Assembly (NCBI RefSeq): GCF_000181795.1
Contig: NW_003526944.1
Span: 2,807,504 to 2,871,503, forward strand
Source of the DNA: Trichinella spiralis
Taxonomy: Eukaryota
DNA: 64,000 nt
Reading direction: 5' to 3'
In this document: piece by piece, positions 42,321-55,457 of the stretch
Layout: each line of letters begins with the position of its first letter
Numbering within the stretch: position 1 is the stretch's first letter
Program-made: the position numbers and the translations under genes
Notes under the pieces: model-generated
What the model was told of the DNA's origin: nothing
What the model saw: only the letters and a program-made list of their open reading frames with translations
Database searches by the model: none

Positions 42321-43565
42321 ATGGTGGACAGGAACAAAAATTCGATGCAAGCTGTGAACGAGAATGAAGATGAAGTGTGCCCGAGATGCTGTACGGATAT
42401 ATGTAAAAAGATGAAATCAAACTCAGCCAGTGGAAAAGAAATGATGAATTGGAAACTGGAAGCAAGAAATGCTCTAAACAAGTACCGAATTCAAAGGAAA
42501 GCGTTGCAAATTTCATTTCATTATCTAATAATATTTAAGGAAACTGGAGGAGGTGAAAATGTTGCAAGATCAAAATGAAAAATTAAAAAATAAAATTAAA
42601 GGAATAGGCAAGATGAACAATGAACAACCAGAAGTTGTAGACCATAACCGAGCTATGGTTCTTCCTCCGCAACAAAGGTAAGTGTCGGTCGTCACATATA
42701 AAATTGATCTAAATCTACTTGGAAAAGTTCAGATTCCGTAAATGCAAGAAGGAAAGTAAACCAACGCCCAAAATTCCAACAACAGTTAAAAATTTGCAAA
42801 TGGAGGTAACACTGTCATCACATTTAATACATTTATGATGAATCAGTTTGATAATTATTATCAGTTGAATAGCGGTTTCTTTATTCTTTTAGATTTTGAA
42901 ACGGAGAGAAGAATTCGCGATGCTTCCAGTAATGAACACTTTCCACGAGTGCAAGCAGAACCGCAAATTTATTTCGGACAAAAAAATCAGGTACCAAAGT
43001 GTGGAATTTCTACCGATTGATGCTAGGCTCAATTTGCATGATTTAAAATTGTTTCAGCCCAGTATGTAATCTACCTGAAGTACAGGAAAACATATCACAA
43101 TGGATAGAACTACAAAGTCTGTTGTGTTATCAATATCTCCAAATAAAGGTGTGAAAAATGATTTTTCTCATAGTACGGTCGGTGATGAGTGAACACTTTT
43201 AGCATACAATTTTAAGCCAGAAAGATTTAATCGAAAATGGTAAATGCATCTGGGACTTGCCCATGCCAGCAAATTTTAATTTTTACCCGTTACCTAAACC
43301 AGCATACCTAGCATATTTGGAAGGTAAAGAAAAGTTGGAGCTTATGGCATACTTAAATAAATTTCCGCTTCCCGAAGCTTTTGCAAAAATCAGCTTAAAC
43401 AACAACAATAATGGACTGAACCGAAATATGAAAAACTAACTGTGCAACAAGCGACGAAGTAAGACTATTGTCATGTATGAGGGAAAAAAGTTAACATTCA
43501 TTGTCTGTTTCAGGAAAAGAATAAAAGATTTTACAGATTTACGCATGCAAGGAAGAAAGAATTAG
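42321..43565 (+). CDS. Hypothetical protein (C..CC..C motif then coiled coil), ~6-7 exons; 3' end uncertain
   Basis: In-frame GT-AG chain: MVDRNK...CPRCCTDIC...ALNK | KLEEVKMLQDQNEKLKNKIK... | FRKCKKE... | ILKRREEF... | PVCNLPEV... | KDLIENGKCIWDLPMP. Confidence 0.55.
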
Positions 43566-45030
43566 AAGTAGTAGAATTTAGTTGAAGAATAATTTTTTTG
43601 AAACGCTAATACTTACATTGAATATGACGAGTATTTTATAGTAAAATAAACGATGTTCAGGAAATCGTTTGCAAATTTTCATTCAAAGAATCGAACTGTG
43701 CATTTCATTATTTTATCATTTCGCTAAACTACTGTATTATCCAAAGGCACTGCAAATGCAAACACGTTGCACTGATGCTGAAAAATAAAAAAATAAATGC
43801 AACATAATAATGAGAATTCATCGAAATGTACAACAAAAAATATTATGTGTATCGTCACTACGATCTTGATTTAAAAAAAAAGAAAATTGCCCGTATAAAA
43901 CAGAATTTTATAAAAAAATATTCATTTGCACATACCAATCCATACCGCAAGTGCTGTAAACATTATTTGCATAAGTCGCGCTGATTGGAACAGCACCTCT
44001 GAGCTTCTCTACTTGCATCATCATCATCACTATTATTGAGTGAAATAATTTCAAAAAAAAAACAAATGTTTAAGTTCAACTATTCTTGAAAAATCGTATC
44101 AAATTATATTGTAATAATTGCAAGTAGTTTACGAACACTATTATACAGTGTTTTTGAAAAATGAAATTCATCTCACTTTCGAAATATGTAAAAACTTATG
44201 AGCAACCAACCATCAACTGATTTCACAGAATGCATCAAAAGTGAACTAAAAATGACAATGAAACACACGATGACAAGCTACTGTTGTGTGTTACCAATGA
44301 GCTGCAATTCCCCCCCTCCTCCCCTGTGCAGAAACAGAAAAACATAAGTGAAAAATAAACAAAATAAATATATAATTGCATACACTGGAAGTTGTGCATT
44401 TGTTTTGCCGTGGTAAAATTTTGACAAAAATTAAAAAAAAAACAGCATTCAAATTGAAATTTACGAGCTCTGAAAACAAAGAACATCTCCAAAAAATCAT
44501 ACCGCAAATTCTTGAATTCAATATACAGCCGTTGATTGCAAATGCTACGGTATTCTGCATAAATTATAAAAACCTTTCATTTTAATAGTATTTCGCTATA
44601 ATTGTTAATTGTTTATTAACACTTCAGCAAACTACAGATCATAATATACGATGACCAGTGAACTACAAATACACACTGTGATATGCAATCTTCGATAGTG
44701 AATAAATTGATGAGCACGAAAATCAGCTGTTGAAGATCGGCGTGTACCTATAAAAAGTGGCTTTGAAAAAACTTTAAAGTGAAATGTATATTCATCACAT
44801 TTACCAGCATCATCTTCGACATCAAAAAACAAGTTTGAAGAAATTTCTGAAAAATATTCCAATTATATTTTTTTTCAATATTAATAATACAAATCATCTA
44901 TCTACTCACAGAGAGTGATATGCGTGTATGAGTGATGATAAATTTTTGTACAAAAATGTATTCACTTTTTTTAGAAAAAAATACAAATTCGGCTAAGTAA
45001 AAACCAGCAAGCAAAAAGTAGGTGCCCAAT

Positions 45031-46569
45031 TCACATTTTAAACACGTTGGTATATGGATTTTGCAAAAGGGCCGCTTGATTCACTTCTGGGAGGCCAGTG
45101 ATGAGCTAAAATAGTAACAATTTAAAACTTCTTCCACAACAACGAAGAATTAGCATATTGAATAAAAGGTATACATACATTCGACGGCCCAGGCTGAGCA
45201 GGTGGGAACATCGACGATCCCATGTAGTTGTATGGATGCATTACAGGCATTTGTGGTGGATTTCCAGGCGAGAACTGTAATTTTTTCATCAACTCTAGTA
45301 AATATTACAGCAGCACAAAAAAACAAATCAACATACTTGTACCTGACCAAACATAGCATTGTGCATGTCAACTGGATTGTAATTCCACATTCCCTGATGA
45401 ATAAAAGATGAATTTGGCGCCATCTGAAACATGAATAAGATTTTGAATCGTTAATCAATCAATTGTACAATCACTTACGAGAGGATAATTTTGTTGATTA
45501 ACCGGAAACTGAGAAGGTATGGCCAAAGAGTCGGTCAGTTCGTAAGGAGCATTCTGAAAATGTAACCATTGTTAAATTAAATTGCCAAAAATGTTAAAAA
45601 AATACCAAAGCAAAAACCTACCAAGGAAATTGAATATGTATTTTCACCAATTTCACAGCCTACCCATGATGGTTTGCTAATAGGATGATAAGTTACAGTA
45701 ACATTTTCCTAAAAATAATACAAAATTAATAAAAGTCAAGCAGCCGAGCTATGAATCGGTTGAATTATTTCTAAAAGCTCTATTGTTGGATTTCAAAAAG
45801 ATAAAACACATCAAATAATAATCGTAATTAATAATAAATAATCTTACATCATGATTGCCTTTTTTTTCCGCTTCTTCCATTTGTTTGAAAATTTTCTTCG
45901 CCCTCATCGCTGCCTAGAAATATTTTCAAAAAATAAAACATACAACATATACACATAAATCAATGTAATAAAGTTAACCTCCGCAAGCAATTTTCTCTTC
46001 TTTCGCTCGCTCAGTTCTTCGGGAAAATAACTGCGCGGTATTTTCGAAGCTGGCGGCACATCGGACAGCTAAAAAGATTGCAATAAATCATTTAAACCAA
46101 TCTGACGCTTGTCATAAAAAAAAACTCAAATTTCAAAATTTCGACTCTCTTGCACAACGTAAATATTATTCTCATTATTCGTTGAATTTTCACCAAAAAA
46201 AACACATACACATAATTTCATGCTTCTTTTTTCAGATTTCGGTTTCTTTTTCTTTTTGTCGGTCAATTTTGGCGGCCTAGGTTCGGCTTCTTTCACAACG
46301 GCAACAGGCTTTATCTGTATAAGACAAGCGCAATAATCATCTCCTCCTACTCTCCGAATAGCGCTTGCATCAAACAAACAATTTGCAAATAATATTCAAA
46401 ATTATCATCAAAGTATTTTTTCATGAGCATAATAATTGCATAACCAAAAAATATATATACGCATATCCCCTATTAAACCAATAATACTGAATTATACCAC
46501 TAGTGTTTTTTGATAAAAGCGTGATCAATTTCAATTAATTACCCCTCCGACTTTTGTTCTTTTCAACAT
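45031..46569 (-). CDS. Hypothetical protein with Lys-rich N-terminus and Pro/Met/Gln-rich C-terminus, 9 exons (may be a 3' extension of the NCoR-like gene)
   Basis: MLKRTKVGG | IKPVAVVKEAEPRPPKLTDKKKKKPK... | LSDVPPASKIPRSYFPEELSERKKRKLLAE | ... | FSPGNPPQMPVMHPYNYMG... | LITGLPEV...KM*; all junctions GT-AG and phase 0. Confidence 0.65.
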
Positions 46570-46639
46570 TTTTCAAACTACAAACTACAAATACAAATAC
46601 AAATACAAAAAGAGAGAGAGTTGTTGATTTTACACCGAT

Positions 46640-49600
46640 CAATCATCGGTTAATTTTGAATTTTACATCTGTCTGATTATTCAAACGATGACGTAGAGTG
46701 CCCATTCATGCATTCACTAATTCATTGCACATTCGCCAGACAACAACTTACCCTGACGCTGGATCGCTGCTGCACATTGAACGGAGGGCATACCAAGCTC
46801 AGCTTGTTCAACTTTATTTCAGCAACCATGTTTTCACTTCGCCCGTTTATTATGTCGACATTCAAATTTTGAACATCCTAAAATTAATTGATTTTTCTTA
46901 ACAATAATTTTACAACAAAAATATATTCAACTGTAGCAAACTTAATTATTTTTACCAAGAAATTAATCAGCTACAGTACCCGATAATTTGAAAAAAAGGT
47001 AAAACAATTATTACCAGACTTAGATTCAATTCGGCACGTGCAATATCATCAGCATACAGTAGCTTCTGCTCGATGATTCGAGATTCTGACATCATAGAGT
47101 GGTTACTCCATTCATAATTCTGAAAATGAATAATTTCACAAAAGCTACCAAACATTTTACAGTATATACGAATATTAGCTAGTCAAAGCCATTTATAGCA
47201 GCAACTTGTATTGCGCAATTGAAATTTCAATTACTGAAAATTATTATGTGAAAAAAAGAAAGATAATTTTCCATTTTTAAAACTTAATTTTATTTCTTTC
47301 TTTCTTAAAAAAAATTTTGTTTACCAAAACAAGGTCCGAACCCTGGTATTCCTGGATGGAAGTGCTTACGGTCATATTAGCGGAAGAGAAACGACTGGGC
47401 ACAGAAAATGAAGCGTCCATCCTGGAAACTGAAGCCTGAAAATAAAAAGCATTCAAAACATCATCTTCGGACAACAAAACAGCAAGCAGCACACAGGCGG
47501 AAGAAAAGACCAAATGAGCTTACTTTAATATTTTCCCATATCGATAGTACCGAAACCATTGGAACGACTGCCATTGGCTGGTTGTCTGATTGGCCGTCGC
47601 AATGAAAACTGTTCTTGACGTTGCACTCGTTGAAAATCTGTACATTAAATGTGGATGAAAGGAAAAAAATTACTCGCAAAAATGACTACTTGCAAAAATA
47701 CATTCTCAGAATGCGCAACTACAGGAACTGTCATGTTTATATCCATGCATGGTGAACAGTGCTCAAGTGATAAAGTAGTCGCTTCAACCGATTCCTTGAA
47801 CAATGAATAATAATAATAATAGATACTTTTGTTGTTCCGATGACAAACAGAGAAACAATTTTCTATTATAATAACTTCAGCAAAAACATCAAATTCATAA
47901 TTTGTTCAAGTCAGTTGAAAGCTCATCATATCCATGTATATATATATATATAATGATAAAAATGTCGTAAAATAAAAACATGCTTTTTTCAACCTTACCA
48001 CAACTTGCTTTGGCTGGCCTTTGTAAGATCGAAGCGTCGCATCTATTCGTCTGGATATTCGCATGCTGCACGAACCGCACATTCTCACGTTTCCCTCAGT
48101 CAGTTCTGAATAAATATGCAAATTTTGGCGTAAAAATTTCAAACAATCCCACATAAGACGATTTAAATAAAAACTAAATTGAATAATTAAAACAAATGAA
48201 TAATTTTCCCAACCCAATTCGTCGAGAAGTTTTTTCTGATCTTCTGGTCTGAGATTGAAGAAACGACCAGGCAAATTTCTTTTGTTTCGAGTTTGACGAT
48301 TAGCCGACGTGCAACCTTTAACTTGGCATGGACTGAAATTAATCGACAGAAAAAAAATGAATTATGCATAAATAAATGTCAAAAAATTGATACGACTGAC
48401 AATGAATTCGCGGGCACTTTGGTTTCTTCCTTCACACGGCAAGCGTCACAAATGATTTTCTCAATCTGGCCTTTAGCTCCTCTGGAACGAGTCACTGGTC
48501 CGTAGAGACGCTTGTCAACAACTTGACTACAAATTTGACAAATGCTTCCAAAAATTGCGGCATCATCTGGCAACAATTCCACGCGGCTATTCAACAAACA
48601 AACAAACAATATTTCAAAAAAAATGTAATAATACGAATAAAAAAAATGTAAATTACTTCTTAACATAATAGCCCAACGTTTCAGCAATTTCTTCTGGTGT
48701 TGGCAACTAAAATTCAAACAAAAAAATAAATAAATAAACAAATAACACATGTGGTGCGTTAAAATAATGCTAATGCAAACTTCGTATATGTAGCTGCCTT
48801 CGTCGTCTCTTTTGGCACTTTTCCGCAATTTGGCCAAAGCTTTTTTATCAACAAGTTCTGTCTTTTTCATGTAATACATTTGCACAACTTGTTCAGCCGT
48901 CTGAAAAACCATCAACAATGAATCTTATGCAAATCTTATTAATTATTAATATTTGAAAATCTCAACAACAATAAACTGTGAAATAATTTTTTGAAACAAC
49001 AAAATCAAAACTTACTTTATCTGGAAAAAAAAGAGCGAGAACTCCAAAATTTTTATCATAACGTTTCAATTTCTCGGCAAACAGGTCCAGCTCCTTTTTT
49101 GACCACTGATTTACATACTTTTCCCATCTGAAAACATTGCCACACAGAGAAAATTAAAAAAAAATATATTTCACGATAAAATATAAAATTACCGATTTTT
49201 AAGGACATCACCCAAGTTGACCTTTTCATAAGCGACGCAAGTTTCTCGAAATGGAAATCCATAAGGCGGTATAACAGCAGACTGTTCAATTATGGTATCC
49301 CGTCGAAGCTAAATCGAAAAAAAAATACAATTATCATAGGTTTCTTTTTCTCACCAAAGTTGAAAAGAGTAAGAAAAAAAAATGCAACTTTTCTTTCTGA
49401 AGCTTCTTCAAGCGCTGCTTGGTAACTGCGAGAAACGATTCTGCAAAAGAAAATATTTAAAAAAATGCACTGTCTCTCTCTCCATTGTGAAGTTTTTTCA
49501 TTCATTCTGTTACCTGTGTTTACGTTCCCTTTCTATTCGCACTCGTTTCATTTCCGGTAAAGCTTTTTCCAGAACAGCACGATTTGCATCAATTATTCTT

Positions 49601-50638
49601 GAAATAAACAAATAAAGCAGTTTGTATTATTTTTATAAACAAAAATCAACAACAACAACAACAATAACAATAATACAATTTTATCTAACAAACTGTAACA
49701 AAAGTTACATGCAACAATTTTTGTTTAAAAAAAATTCCATTTTATCTATAGAAAATGTAACATTTCTCATTAACAATTCAAGAGATAAAAAAATTAACAT
49801 ACTGATCACATTTTTCTACATTTTCCAATATGTATTCATGCAAACATTGATTTCTGTCGTACGCTTCGGCAAAACATTCCAACTAAAAATAAATAAATAC
49901 AAACAGTATTAATAGTAATAAAAAATAATATATAATTTGCTAACAATGACCAATATAAAAATCATTACATAATACTTTCAAACACACATTATTATACAAT
50001 AACACACTTTTACAGTACATTAACATCAACAAATTATAAATGAATAAAAATTCAAATTACTTATAATTTCAGTATTACAGTTCTCCACTATTAACACCAT
50101 TTACAGAACTACATACCTTTTTTTCAATATGTTCTTTCTCCATCTTGGCCATTTTGTACATAAACGATAAAGATTTCTCATATCTAAAAAATAGATTAAC
50201 ACTGTACAAAACAAAAATAATTACAAAATGAAAATATTTAAAATGCACTACTTTTGCATTTTAGAATGTCTATTGGAGATTTTCGTAACTGCAGATACCT
50301 GAAACATCAAAAATTGTCAAATGCATTTAATTTTAATAATAAATAATTACATATGATTTATTGGAATTTATATTGCTCGACTCGTCATCTTCCTTTTTTT
50401 CTTTCTTCACGATACTAAATTAAACGATTGAAAAAAATATTAATAAATAAAATAAATGAACACAAAATGTAGAAACTTGGAATACCAAACTGAAACAGGC
50501 ACCGGCAACGACGAGGAAATCGGCATTTCATCCATACACTCACTCTTCAAATCTTAAAGAATAAATTGCAATAACGTGATGTACAATTATATGTACCTCA
50601 ACCTGCACACCCTTTATTTTATTCTCCTTTTCTTCCAT
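46640..50638 (-). CDS. Divergent NCoR/SMRT (SMRTER/GEI-8)-like corepressor with one SANT domain; both ends approximate
   Basis: FAEAYDRNQ, EKALPEMKRVRIERER, SAVIPP, SANT QWSKKELDLFAEKLKRYDKNFGVLALFFPDKTAEQVVQMYYMKK, then Cys-rich CQIC...CDAC, CQVKGC...CGSCSMRISRR. Confidence 0.72.
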
Positions 50639-53600
50639 TTTTAAATTATATTGCATTTAATGGCACACATAACATCTGCTCAAAATACTGAAACAAAATG
50701 AAAAATAATGTTTAAAAATCCATCACGGTCATCATTTTTAAATTACGTTACGCTTTAAGTTTAAGTAAACTGCTACATGACGTAGTACAATACAACACAC
50801 CTCCTTTAGATATATAAATGAAATCAATTAATTTACTGTATGTTAAAATAATTAAAGGGCAAAAACTTTGAATGTGTTGAACATTAAAGCAGGTAAAAAG
50901 GGAAACTAGTTCACTCACGCTGCAAACAAAACATTTAATGAAACACATAAAAAGTAATATATTAAGTGAAATTTCAGCAAATACTCAACAATGCACTAAT
51001 AAAAAAAATTACAAAATTTGAAACCTACATGCAAAAAAACTTTTTGCAGGTGTATTACCAAAAAAATACAGTACAGTAAAGGAAATCATGGTTCATTTTT
51101 ACAACATGAGCTTTGAAATGAAAATCGGAACAGGAGAAAATTGGAAAAAGAAAAAAATTGGAATATAGACTCCTTTAATACAGCTTATTTAATATATTTG
51201 TAGCGTGTAACACGCAGCAGGCACTGTTGAAAAATTGCAAAAATATAATTGAATTAACAAACTAAAAATGTAACAGAAACATTTTAAACTATTACTATAC
51301 AATTATTGTAGTTTCAGACGATGATATTGTAAATTAAAAAAAACTACAACTAAGGAATTTACAATTCAAATTTTATATCGCAAAAGGTTAATATTCAAGG
51401 ATAAAGAAAAGCTTCCTAAATTAGGAATTGATGCAATAACATATCAGAATGCATATACAAGATATATAATATTGTAATTTATTGACAAGTAGGAGTTCTA
51501 CTATATGATGAATACGATTTGATGACCTTCCCTTACAATATTAGCATTGTAACTTTCGGGATTATAAAATAGCTACATCTCAACCAAAATTTAACAAATA
51601 ATTAAATTTTATTTAAAATTATCTACAATTAGCCAATCTAACTATGACATGCACCATTATTAAAATAAGGCACTATGCATTGCATTCATTACAGTATGAA
51701 AATGACGTTTAGGTTTAAATGCAAATAATATTCAAATATGCTTATTGCTAACTTTTTCAGTTGCTTTATGCAAGCAGTAAATTTCGTGAAGGTTGCTTTC
51801 CTATGTGTGATTTGACGGAATAACAAGTGCTCATTTTTCCATTTGTTTTCAAAAAATAAGAAATAGTTTAAAACAAGCATAGTAAAATCAAAGTATTGGA
51901 TAAAGTTCAGCTAATGAGCTGAAGAAATCATAAACATCATAGACAAATTGAAAGTTTACTTATCGTTTTGCTTGAAAAATATTTTAATTTTCTGCTTTGC
52001 ATATTTCCGTTAACTTCAAAGAATGCATCGCTTCAAATAATCCAGGAAAATGTTTCATTCAAATCAAAGCTTTTGGACATAATAGATGGCAAAAAAAGTA
52101 TTCACTAGCTACTTTATTGTATATTCTGCTTTTCTTTTTCCTTTTTCAAAGCTTCATTTTATATACAAAGCTGATATTTGTCCATGTGACTACTTGTTTC
52201 ATCATGTTGAGGTCGTGCAGCAAGATTTTTTATAAACGAATATTATAATGAGCTTCTGAAACCTGTGAAGACAGATGTGAATAATTATGCCTTGCTAAAT
52301 CTATCCTCGCTAACTAAAAGATTGGGTCATTTATTCGCAGTTTGGCTAAGACATGCATGTACTGTTTTTTTTAGTAAGTTAGGTTTTATAACTTGCTAAT
52401 TATTGAGATTGCAAATAAATCTTATTCTGTAACTGCAAAAATGTATCTTTGAAATGTTATTATTTTTAAGATAAGTGTCAGATTAAATGTCTTTTTCCGT
52501 TTTAAAATGAACGAACAAATTCTAGAAGAAACAGGAACAAAGGAAAACAATAACTTGAATTGTTTGCTTGTATCACTAACATTCATAAATTAAACGAAAT
52601 AATAAATTACAGTACAGTTTTAATCTTATAAATAGAAAAGAAGCTAATAAAGTAGATAATCAAAAAATTTATACTGCAATGATCAGAATACACCACCTAC
52701 TGCAATATCCAGTCGACATTGCATTCAACAGTGTTCTTGCTGCAGTAACGTCTTTGAAATTTTAATATTAATTTTGCCAGTCCAAAATGTATATCATTTT
52801 TGTTATTCACAAAACAGGTTGTATACAAACCTGAAGAAATTTTTCATTCCAAGGTATGGTGTGTAAACAATCACCATGAAATATCAACTACAACACTTTA
52901 CCATTATTTTTCTCTACTGCGTAAATTCCAGTTTCCGAATCTGCAGAAATTCAAACCATAAAATAAGAAAAATCTGAAATGCATAAAAAACAAGAATTTT
53001 CCATAATTGTTACGCAAAAAGTTTCACAATGCAAATAAAAATTTGCATAAATAAATTTTTTGTCAAATGGATTTTTTTCATAAGTCTGATGTGCATTGCA
53101 GAATGTAAATGTCTATTGAAATGACATTACATGAATTGCTCTTTGAAAAAATGTCTGCAAAAGGTTGCACAAATTGGAATTTCTTTAAATATAGGCTTTC
53201 TATGAAAAAATGTTCTCCAAAGTCAGTTTTCGATTGGCGAATTCGAAAAACCCATATATTCTTCTACTTTGAATTCTCAGGTTGTATAGTTTTCTGTGAA
53301 TTTTTCAGCATGCCAATTTTTCATATTTAAATTATCCAGTTCGCAGTAGAAAATGTTTCATTGTTAGTGGAATATTTACAGAAATGTTCACAATCGCTAC
53401 AGTAGCACAACAATCAATCAGTTATAAGAAGTAGGGGATATCATTTTCACAGTACTTAAGTGCTGATTTCTGCATGCAAATGTAATAACAACTTTTCGAC
53501 ATTCCGATAATTATTTAAAGTATAAAATGCTTAACGTTATAATCTAATCAAATCAAATCAAATGAAGATTATTATAAAAAAATGTTTTTTTAAATTGCAT

Positions 53601-54312
53601 TCGTAGTATTACTTACAATGCCAATAACTGTATTTTTATACAAAAAAATTGTACTTTTATTATGTACGCGCTTTTTTGACAATTTTTATGCTGAAATTTC
53701 GCGTGGGCAAGGAAAATCATGCAATTGGAATATTGCATGGACAAAGCGCTATCGTTGGTGTTTGAGGAATGTGTGGTAGAAATCTTTTAAACCATGGTTG
53801 TTTATTTTCAGAAACCTCTTTCCACTTCTCCTATTATATTTGATGTATTTATTTTGCATTGATACAACTATTTGCTGTAGATCTGTCAGGAATTTTTGGA
53901 AACAACCAAAACCTTATCATGAAAATAATTTTGTCGTAAGTTTGCAAACTGATTATAATGTTTCCACGTCATTCACGCAATGTGTTTACACAGAAATCGA
54001 CGACCAGTTCAGCTATGCTAAATTCCTAACATTTTCTTAAACAGTAATGTTTTCTAGATGAAATTGTACAAATATTCCATGTAACGCCAATTTAATTACA
54101 CTATAAAAGACTGCTGCAATATTTCCTTCCCAAGTCATCTACATAAAGCCCAAACATAATCTTCCAATACAATTTGGTTATAACTAAAGGTTATTTGACG
54201 TTATGTTATTTTGTTTTTAAAAAATCATTTCTTTTTACTTAAAATCTTATAATGTTATCCCAATGGCTTGTTGTGAAATTATTCAGACAATAAAAAATTT
54301 TCAGAAATTCAA

Positions 54313-55457
<1,145 letters not shown>

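Noticed and set aside
43174..43181. 8-nt microexon
   Set aside because: Would need a 25-nt upstream intron; an acceptor at 43220 explains the frame more simply
53029..53048. Inverted pair of octamer motifs (ATGCAAAT/ATTTGCAT)
   Set aside because: Octamers are frequent by chance in AT-rich DNA, and no snRNA gene was seen nearby
51000..54100. Short Phe/Ile/Lys-rich ORFs and an 8-bp hairpin at 53718-53739
   Set aside because: Composition typical of spurious ORFs in AT-rich intergenic DNA; hairpin too short to be significant
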